Below, in pieces: positions 29,014 to 36,315 of a DNA stretch of 64,000 bases; position 1 is the stretch's first letter, and the number at the start of each line of letters is the position of its first letter. Below the pieces are notes generated by a model. The model was not told the DNA's origin and made no database searches. It was given only the letters and a program-made list of their open reading frames with translations. The stretch is taken from the NCBI GenBank assembly GCA_965216735.1, contig OZ244198.1:4725628-4789627 (forward strand). The letters run 5' to 3'. Source of the stretch: Arenicellales bacterium. Lineage in GTDB: Bacteria; Pseudomonadota; Gammaproteobacteria; Arenicellales; CBDCFT01. The position numbers and the translations under genes were made by a program.

Positions 29014-29513
29014 TAGCGAGCCGATGAATCTTGATAATGGTGCGGCGAACGGGGGCTACAATAAAACCAAACACTCATTGAATTCCACGCCCTGCGGGGA
29101 GAAAGGTCATGCTCTTACTCCTTAAGAACCCTGCTCGGAGGGTCCAATTAACAATTGTTTACATTCCGAATCGCTTGTTGGATTGTGACAAACTGTTTGT
29201 CTAGTGTATAACTAGTCGTGTCCCCGTTTGGGGGGGACAACTTACACAAAGTGTATTGATCGTGTTTTGATCATCGCTTTTTTGGGGGTCTAAATAGCTG
29301 TTGTCTTATTTGGGGTAGGCCAACACTATTTGATTTCGGAAACACGGGGTAAGTTGCGTAGTAGAGCTGCGCAACGGAACTGATTCAATTCCGTATGACA
29401 CGCGGAACTGAATTGGTATTGGGGTAACTCGAATAGTTTAGCCTTCACGTTGCGCGTAACTGGTTTTGATTTGTCAAAGCGGCAAATCTATTTTGGCATT
29501 TGTGGGGGTACAT

Positions 29514-31193
29514 ATGTGTACATGTAATTCTAGAGTTGGAAGGGGGCTATTTTCTTCTCTTTTCCTTACGTTTTTGATGTTTGTGGGAACGATCCAAGCG
29601 CAAGAAGTCGCAAATCCTGATTTGGTTCAATCTTGTGGATTGGATATCGCCCTTGTTCTTGACGAGTCAGGTTCTATTCAGGACCAAAACGCGATTAACG
29701 CCGTTAGGCAAGCCTCGAAATCTTTCGTTGGAGCGCTGAGTGGCACTGGTTCCAGTGTGTCTATTGTTGAATTTAATACCCGTGCAAGAACGGTACTTCC
29801 GTTAACAGAAGTCACGGACAGCTCCATGCAATCTTTTTACGATTACATTGATGCGACTTCGGGTAATCCAGACACTGGATACGATCCCTCGGTTTATACC
29901 AACATGGAACGTGGTACAAACTGGGAAGACGCATTTCGTACAACAGCGAGTAACCAATCCACTCCGTTACTGGTTTTTGTAACTGACGGTGATCCAACAT
30001 TCTGGCTGGTGGATCCGGACAATACGGCAATAGGTGGCGTTGGCTATGACACAGGGAATAACAATGCGGACTCTGCAAACCAGGCGACACCGGTAGCAAA
30101 CGCTATTAAACAAAACGGAACCCATATCTTGATGATAGGTGTGGGCCCGGGTCTTTCTGGTGCCGTACAACAAGGTCGGTTGATGCAAGTATCGGGACCG
30201 GATCTGGTTACGGATTTAACCAGTTTTGATCTAGCTACCACGGATGTTATGGTTGTTTCGGATTTTGCGTCTTCGTTATCGGCCGTTCTCCGGCAAATCG
30301 TTGTATCGCTTTGCGCACCATCCATCACTTTTCAGAAGTTGGCCAAAGATATTGGTGAAAGCGCTTATTCGGTAGAAAGTGGTTGGACCTTTTCGGGTAC
30401 TGTCCAAACGAATGACGGTACTCCCGTTGAATGGATTACGCCGAATGCAGGCAGCACAGCCGCCGAACAATCCGGCCAAACCGATGAAAACGGAGAAATC
30501 ACTTTTCATTGGGTAGCGGACAGCGACGTTGCCTTTACCTGGGACGAAGATTTACAAGACTTTTCCTTTGTGGATGGCCAATGTTCGAAACGGACATTCG
30601 AAAGCGACGGTCATGTGGATTCAACATTCGCCACCATCCCACTGGAAACTTTCGTCGTATCCGACAGTGACTATATCTCTTGTGTGGTGAGGAACGAACG
30701 ACACATTGTGGTCAACACTTGTGACGACGGAAAACCCGCTGGACTCGTGTTTCGTTACGACGGCTCAGGTGCTGAAGATGACACCAATTCGCAACTCACC
30801 AACGAATTAATCGTGGAGGGTGATCCGATGTCAATGGACCCGGTGTTTATTGAAGTCTTCGATCACAAAGGTGTTGTACTATTCGCCGGCACGGTGGGTT
30901 TAAATGACACTTTTCAAGTCTCGGGCACCAAACGGCTCATTCCACCCCGTATGCGCTTCTTAGTGTATGACGCGGAAGGTGGCAGCGTGTTGCAAACGGT
31001 GCAGTTCCATACCTCGTGTTCGCAACCCTTGAATACGGGCGATTCCTTTGGTTCTATCGTACTAGTGGGTGAGACCCAGGTTTCTTCCGGTGGCAATCCA
31101 GGCAAGCCAAATAATGGCGATGGTGACAAGCCGGAAAACCCCGGTAAATCAAAAGGCAAGAAACTCGGTAAGGACAAAGGAAAAAAATCCTAG
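29514..31193 (+). CDS. secreted von Willebrand factor A (vWA) domain protein with a Lys/Gly-rich C-terminal tail
   Basis: Signal MCTCNSRVGRGLFSSLFLTFLMFVGTIQAQE. MIDAS DIALVLDESGSI. The C-terminus is GGNPGKPNNGDGDKPENPGKSKGKKLGKDKGKKS. The ORF track start at 29466 is less likely. Confidence 0.75.
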   Translation: MCTCNSRVGRGLFSSLFLTFLMFVGTIQAQEVANPDLVQSCGLDIALVLDESGSIQDQNAINAVRQASKSFVGALSGTGSSVSIVEFNTRARTVLPLTEVTDSSMQSFYDYIDATSGNPDTGYDPSVYTNMERGTNWEDAFRTTASNQSTPLLVFVTDGDPTFWLVDPDNTAIGGVGYDTGNNNADSANQATPVANAIKQNGTHILMIGVGPGLSGAVQQGRLMQVSGPDLVTDLTSFDLATTDVMVVSDFASSLSAVLRQIVVSLCAPSITFQKLAKDIGESAYSVESGWTFSGTVQTNDGTPVEWITPNAGSTAAEQSGQTDENGEITFHWVADSDVAFTWDEDLQDFSFVDGQCSKRTFESDGHVDSTFATIPLETFVVSDSDYISCVVRNERHIVVNTCDDGKPAGLVFRYDGSGAEDDTNSQLTNELIVEGDPMSMDPVFIEVFDHKGVVLFAGTVGLNDTFQVSGTKRLIPPRMRFLVYDAEGGSVLQTVQFHTSCSQPLNTGDSFGSIVLVGETQVSSGGNPGKPNNGDGDKPENPGKSKGKKLGKDKGKKS

Positions 31194-31650
31194 CGCGAGT
31201 AACTTTACACGGAATACTTGCCAGCTAATTACTGTGTAGGGGAACTGTTCCAAAGGACTGGATCGCAAACGGGTGGGAATCGGGCAGTGGATGCCCGGTT
31301 CCCACTTTTTTTGCAACCAGGGTCCTAAGATAAGACAGGGGAGCATGTATCCAAGGGATCCAAATAATCGGTGTTGAAAATGACGTTTTGGTCTACGACG
31401 CACCAAGTTGAAGGTGGCGATGACAACTTACAAGGATTATTTGAGTCAAATTTTTCAATGATAAGACAGCATTTTCATACTTGCTCCTGCCACCAACCAA
31501 GAAAATGCGAAGCGACTCAAAGCGTTCGGTAATGAGACAATGCAACGCACAAATCGCCAAAACCACTAAGTACGAAGCTTGTATAACAGATCTGCCACCG
31601 TGTTTTAACGTGCGGTTCATTTCCCTAAATTCACCCATGGTGACGTGTCT

Positions 31651-31689
31651 TGTGAACTATCACACAATGATTGTGTGATGCAGTTCACA
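31651..31689. promoter_or_regulatory. tandem CRP-like sites (TGTGA-ACTATC-ACACA and perfect TGTGA-TGCAGT-TCACA), 23 bp centre to centre
   Basis: Read directly. The architecture and flanks match the pair at 14705-14743. TAAATT at 31711-31716 sits at class II spacing. Confidence 0.55.
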
Positions 31690-31722
31690 GTTTCCCCCTT
31701 TGTATCTTGTTAAATTGAAACA

Positions 31723-31851
31723 ATGTTTTGGCAAGAGCAACGATAGGGGCGTTGTTAAGGAAACAGAGTTTAGGACTATGGGGAGTTTCTAAACTCGAGT
31801 TTTTACAAGGAGATATTGAAAACCCCCATCTAGGGACAGGTGGGGGTTTTT
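31723..31851 (+). ncRNA. candidate small RNA (about 130 nt), from the predicted CRP-dependent start to an intrinsic terminator
   Basis: No ORF longer than 8 codons with an RBS. It is bounded by a promoter-like element and the hairpin plus T-run at 31819-31851. The 5' end is predicted only from spacing. Confidence 0.35.
31819..31851 (+). terminator. rho-independent terminator (A-tract / stem / T-tract, potentially bidirectional)
   Basis: aaaACCCCCAtctagggacaggTGGGGGTtttt: a 7-bp GC-rich stem flanked by a 3-nt A-run and a 4-nt T-run. Confidence 0.75.
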
Positions 31852-32230
31852 ATCTATCTCGAGGTTACTGAACCTCGGACATGCTTTCAGAAGCATGCCA
31901 TGATCAAAAACACGTTGTCACGCGATGGCCGCGGTCGATGAGGCCATTGATGTAAAAATACGGCTCGTCAATTTCCGTACGAGTGTTCAAGAACAGACGG
32001 TGGTGGTGAACAACCTTTACGCTGTTGTTGGAATGGCGGAGCGATTTACTCACCGGCAACACACATAAACGCAAGCCTTGGATGTCCACGTTACACTGCT
32101 TGGACTATGTTCATCGTCCAAGCCCGATTGTGTGAATTCGTGATTGCCATCAAGCACCAGTGGATGGCACACTGTACGGTGACGTCGTTGCGTTGATCTT
32201 TTTATTATCAACTTAAGGGAGACACAAAGG

Positions 32231-32779
32231 GTGAGAAAACAAAAAAAATCGAGTAATGCACGTAGAAAATTACTTAAACTAGCTTCGTACGGTACATTGG
32301 GTGCCACTACAGTCCCGGCAACATGGGTAAAGCCGATCATTGACGTGGTGGTTCTACCGGCGCACGCACAAACCACGGGACCCGTTGATCCAACTAACCC
32401 GACTAATCCAACTAATCCGACTAATCCAACGACCCCACCACCGACGACACCGGCACCGAATCAGTGCACTGTCTCGACCATACCGGCCGCATCAATTGGT
32501 GCATGCCCGACGTCGCCCAACATTCAGGCAGCGTGTACAGTCGATTTAAATATTTCCGGTTGCGAGCCATTTGCATCGGTCGACGGACAATGGATTTGCA
32601 ATGGATCCAACGTAGGTGCCTATGGAAGTTTCACGCTCGATGCGAATGGTGGGTTATCGGTGACACGGCCGTATCCGGGTGTGCATGGTGGACGCTGTTG
32701 CGAACTGGTGATTGATATCAATGGTCAGGTTTTTCGCGACCTGTTTTTTGTGGCAGACGGGGGTAGTTGCCAAATATAG
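32231..32779 (+). CDS. P2: Tat-like-leader family protein with (PTN)n linker and a 9-Cys C-terminal domain
   Basis: GTG start preceded by taAGGGAGac. NARRKLLKLASYGTLGATTVPATWVKPIIDVVVLPAHAQTT leader, then PTNPTNPTNPTNPTTPPPTTPAP, then a Cys-rich domain. Confidence 0.7.
   Translation: MRKQKKSSNARRKLLKLASYGTLGATTVPATWVKPIIDVVVLPAHAQTTGPVDPTNPTNPTNPTNPTTPPPTTPAPNQCTVSTIPAASIGACPTSPNIQAACTVDLNISGCEPFASVDGQWICNGSNVGAYGSFTLDANGGLSVTRPYPGVHGGRCCELVIDINGQVFRDLFFVADGGSCQI
32390..32434 (+). repeat. in-frame 9-bp tandem repeat (ccRacWaaY, about 4.5 copies) encoding (PTN)n in P2
   Basis: ccaactaac ccgactaat ccaactaat ccgactaat ccaacgacc, read directly. Confidence 0.9.
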
Positions 32780-32929
32780 CATCGGTGTGCGCTTCGAACG
32801 TGCAGTTTGCACTATTCGTTGGCGTTGTTTGACGCAATAATCTGCAAGCCGTCAATTGAACGGAGCGCATACCCCAACACTATCTCCAAAAATACTTGGA
32901 TTAGAGAACCGATGCGTGACGGTAGCGTC

Positions 32930-33583
32930 TCACCGAACAGGTAGCTGATTTTCGGCATTCTTCGAGTATCCGTAACAATCGAAGTCCGCTTCGAAAAGCT
33001 GGCGTACGATTTCAGTTGTCGTTTCGTCGTAGTATTCCGCTATCTCACGGTCATCCCTCATCGGATGCCGGTAAGTATTGAATTGGGGGAAGCGACGGTT
33101 TATGTGTAATGCCGACGCGACAGGTCGAATTGCATATGGAAGCCGTTCGAAGTGGGCCACATAATCGCAGATATCTACTCCATCGAGTTGGGTGTAGCAC
33201 ACTTGTGGTAGGTAATGCGATCCCTTCTGGTGGGCGGCGGCGGTAGCTAGCTCGGGTAGCGACAGGACGAAATTTCTGAAATTTCCAAACCGCTGCACGT
33301 GATGATCGTATAAGTAGTAATAAACTGAAACTAGACGCGAAAAAGGATTTCGCACGACGGTAAACTTGTAGTAACTATCAAATATATCACTGCCCAATTT
33401 ACGTTGAATAACTTTTGCTGTAGCGTGTTGTAAATAGATACCCTCTTCAGGGTCCCAGCCAAATAAGGAATCGTGATCGGCCACTCTATGGTCGCGTTTT
33501 TCATCCCGTAACCAGCGCTCCACCGAAACACCGGCTGTCTTTCCAATATGAAAGTAGATACATTTATGTTCGTGAAAAACCAT
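32930..33583 (-). CDS. sulfotransferase-family protein (PAPS-dependent type)
   Basis: FHIGKTAGVSVERWL resembles the 5'-PSB loop (hIPKTGGTS). FTVVRNPFSRLVSVYYY resembles the RNPxxRxxS 3'-PB motif. Confidence 0.7.
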   Translation of the reverse strand: MVFHEHKCIYFHIGKTAGVSVERWLRDEKRDHRVADHDSLFGWDPEEGIYLQHATAKVIQRKLGSDIFDSYYKFTVVRNPFSRLVSVYYYLYDHHVQRFGNFRNFVLSLPELATAAAHQKGSHYLPQVCYTQLDGVDICDYVAHFERLPYAIRPVASALHINRRFPQFNTYRHPMRDDREIAEYYDETTTEIVRQLFEADFDCYGYSKNAENQLPVR

Positions 33584-33668
33584 ATTTCCATACCAAGTTG
33601 TCGTGTCGGCGTATTAGGCTCTACTATAGCGGCGCTACCATAGACTTGTTAAACACACATATTAACCG

Positions 33669-33941
33669 ATGAATAAAAGCGATATTCCCGTGATTGCCGG
33701 CGACTACCGTCTGGAGGAATTCGATGGCGAACTCTTGTTGTATCACCCGGCGACGACGAGAACCTTACATATGAACGACTCGGCGTCGCTCATCTGGAAC
33801 CTGTGTGATGGAAAGCGAACAATTCAAGATATTGTGACTACTCTCGCCGAAGCGTATCCCGAATCCGCTGAAAGCATTGAGAACGATGTAACGCAGACAA
33901 TTAAAAATCTTTTTGACAATGGCGTTTTATCCCTCGACTAA
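33669..33941 (+). CDS. PqqD-family protein (RiPP recognition element, RRE)
   Basis: 90 aa. ...EFDGELLLYHPATTRTLHMNDSASLIWNLCDGKRTIQDIVTTLAEAYPESAESIENDVTQTIKNLFDNGVL matches the PqqD pattern throughout. Confidence 0.8.
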   Translation: MNKSDIPVIAGDYRLEEFDGELLLYHPATTRTLHMNDSASLIWNLCDGKRTIQDIVTTLAEAYPESAESIENDVTQTIKNLFDNGVLSLD

Positions 33942-33950
33942 AAATTAAAG

Positions 33951-35795
33951 ATGAAGACGTGGTACGTTGAGTTCGGGGGTCATTCGGCCGCCATTCAATA
34001 CGAAGACAATTCCGTCGCCGATCTTCTTGAATTTCTGTTCGTAGACCTTCCTGCAACTTCTGCAATTACTCCGGTAGAAACCTTTCGAATCATGGCGGAC
34101 CCGTCATGGAAACACTGTGAATTGCGTTGGAGTGATGGCCATAGCACCCGTGTGAATTCTCGTTGTGAATTGGCGCTCCAAGTCGTATCCGAAGTTCTTT
34201 TTACATTGATCAATAAATGTAGGGGAGGTCACATAATTCATGCCGCGGCCGTGCACAAAGATAACATGGGTATCTTGATGCCGGGCAAAAGCGGTGCTGG
34301 AAAATCGACTCTATGTGCATGGTTCGTAAAAAACGGCTATACATATCTGACAGACGAAGCGATTTGTTTTCCAACGGGGCAGTCGCGATTTCATTCTTTT
34401 ACACGTCCAATTCATTTTAAGCCGGGTTCTACCTCCGCTCTGAATACATTGTTGAGCGGTGAGAATATCAATGATTTATCTGAAACAGATGGTCATACGA
34501 AGATTGTTCCGCACCGTAGCTTAAATGAAAATTGGAAAAGCGCGGTTCCAGATGTGTGTTTACTGTTATTTCCGGAGTATGCAACCGACCATGACTTCAG
34601 CTTGGAACCTCTTAAACCCGCGCAAGCGAGCATGGCGCTCATGGGTGTGCATGCCAATGCCCGTAATTTAGAACACCATGGGTTTCATGAGATTACTAAC
34701 ATCGCGCGATCAACACCCGCCTTTCGATTATGCTACAGCGATTACACCCAACTCGAAAATAGACTTGATTTATTGGTAGAGCTTGTCTTGGAACGATCCG
34801 CCGATGCCACGCATTTGGTGGAATTATTCCGTTCGATGCAAACCCATCGTGTCATAGATATTCCTTCGAAACAGGAGACAACCGAAAAAGCCACCCACCC
34901 CATACCGGAGCCAACGAAATCCGGTTCCAAGAAAAAACTATGTCTAGGCATGGCTACGTATGACGACTACGACGGTGTTTACTTTTCCGTTCAAGCCATT
35001 CGTATGTTTCATCCCGAAATAACCCAAGACACCGAGATTTTGGTAATCGATAATAATCCGACAGGGGCTTGCAGTCTGGCATTGAAGAAGCTCGACGGTT
35101 CAATAAAGGGTTACCGCTATATGCCCAATGCGAATGTTCAAGGTACCGCAATCAGGGATTTGGTTTTCCAATATGCCAATGCCGACTATGTTTTGTGCAT
35201 GGACTCCCATGTGTTTCTAGAGCCCGGTGCTATCTGCAAATTCATCGATTACTTGGATCAACATCCTGACTGCATGGATTTACTACAAGGCCCCATGTTG
35301 TATGACGACCAATCTACGGTGATGACGCATTTTGAACCGCAATGGCGCCAGGGTATGTACGGTACTTGGGCGCACGACGAACGCGGACAAGACAAAGACA
35401 ACCCACCGTTTGACATTCCCATGCAAGGATTGGGTTTGTTTGGTTGTCGAAAACAGGCGTGGTTAGGATTCAACAAACACTTTCGTGGATTTGGTGGTGA
35501 AGAGGGATATATTCACGAAAAGTTTCGTCAAGCAGGGCGTCAAACCTTGTGTCTACCTTTTCTACGTTGGCTGCATCGTTTCGAACGCCCTAATGGTGTT
35601 CCCTACCGACTTAAATGGGAAGACCGCATATATAACTACTGGGTGGGATTTAGCGAATTGAGTATGGACCCGGCGCCGATGATCGAACATTTTCGTGGTC
35701 ACCTGGGCAAACAAGTGACGGATAATATCTTGGCTGATATCCAGGCGGTCTTTAAAGAAAAAGCAATATTAAAACAAAACATTCCATCAAAATGA
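33951..35795 (+). CDS. fusion protein: N-terminal HPr-kinase-like P-loop domain plus C-terminal family-2-type glycosyltransferase domain
   Basis: IIHAAAVHKDNMGILMPGKSGAGKSTLCAWFVKNGYTYLTDE is the HprK-like Walker A region (nt 34284-34310). From about aa 328, KKLCLGMATYDDYDGVYFSVQAIRM ... ILVIDNNP ... YVLCMDSHVF is a GT-A fold with a D-S-H metal motif at nt 35202-35210. Confidence 0.75.
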   Translation: MKTWYVEFGGHSAAIQYEDNSVADLLEFLFVDLPATSAITPVETFRIMADPSWKHCELRWSDGHSTRVNSRCELALQVVSEVLFTLINKCRGGHIIHAAAVHKDNMGILMPGKSGAGKSTLCAWFVKNGYTYLTDEAICFPTGQSRFHSFTRPIHFKPGSTSALNTLLSGENINDLSETDGHTKIVPHRSLNENWKSAVPDVCLLLFPEYATDHDFSLEPLKPAQASMALMGVHANARNLEHHGFHEITNIARSTPAFRLCYSDYTQLENRLDLLVELVLERSADATHLVELFRSMQTHRVIDIPSKQETTEKATHPIPEPTKSGSKKKLCLGMATYDDYDGVYFSVQAIRMFHPEITQDTEILVIDNNPTGACSLALKKLDGSIKGYRYMPNANVQGTAIRDLVFQYANADYVLCMDSHVFLEPGAICKFIDYLDQHPDCMDLLQGPMLYDDQSTVMTHFEPQWRQGMYGTWAHDERGQDKDNPPFDIPMQGLGLFGCRKQAWLGFNKHFRGFGGEEGYIHEKFRQAGRQTLCLPFLRWLHRFERPNGVPYRLKWEDRIYNYWVGFSELSMDPAPMIEHFRGHLGKQVTDNILADIQAVFKEKAILKQNIPSK

Positions 35796-36310
35796 GTATT
35801 AGACGTCTTTTCATTACCCGACTCATCGGAATGCTCAGCGCCATTCCGATCTTGGGTAACGCCTCACTGCGCGCAAATACCGCTATTGCGGATTCCCCCA
35901 GCTCGGTACAAGATCAATTCCGAATTCTCGTCGACACCTGTGTGCCTCGGGACGACTATCCGGGCGCTGTCGACGAGGGAATCGATAGAAAACTATTGAG
36001 CGAAATTTCGGCGAACCCGATTCATTTGAAACGCGTACACGATTTGCTAATTGATATTGATAAACTGTCGCGTAGTCAATTCAAACAGGTTTTTGTCGAT
36101 CTCGAGTTGTCTAATCGTACCCGTCTACTAGATAGACTATTGAATGATAAAACACTGGTTCCTGACCAACGTGCAGAATTAAGTTACCTACGTGCACGTG
36201 TACTGCAACTGTTTTATACCTCCGAATCCGGATTTGCCATGCTGGATTACCATCCACCCAGTCATGGCGGTTACCCGGACTACGCAAAACCCTTAGATCA
36301 ACTAAGCTAA
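35792..36310 (+). CDS. Tat-signal small subunit (gluconate 2-dehydrogenase subunit-3-like) partnering the GMC flavoprotein
   Basis: MSIRRLFITRLIGMLSAIPILGNASLRANTAIA is a twin-arginine signal. 172 aa. The ATGA overlap with the upstream gene implies translational coupling. It lies directly upstream of the GMC oxidoreductase. Confidence 0.6.
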   Translation: MSIRRLFITRLIGMLSAIPILGNASLRANTAIADSPSSVQDQFRILVDTCVPRDDYPGAVDEGIDRKLLSEISANPIHLKRVHDLLIDIDKLSRSQFKQVFVDLELSNRTRLLDRLLNDKTLVPDQRAELSYLRARVLQLFYTSESGFAMLDYHPPSHGGYPDYAKPLDQLS

Positions 36311-36315
36311 AGCGA

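Noticed and set aside
29228-29427. G-quadruplex formed by the five G-tracts upstream of the vWA gene.
   Set aside because: The tracts are 30-75 nt apart, far beyond canonical G4 loop lengths. I kept them only as a repeated-motif observation.
31149-31638. Minus-strand ORFs 31149..31406 and 31393..31638, and plus-strand 31481..31678, in the gap between the vWA gene and P2.
   Set aside because: They have no RBS and no recognisable motif, and their composition is odd. The region is better explained as regulatory or non-coding (CRP-like sites, terminator, hairpins).
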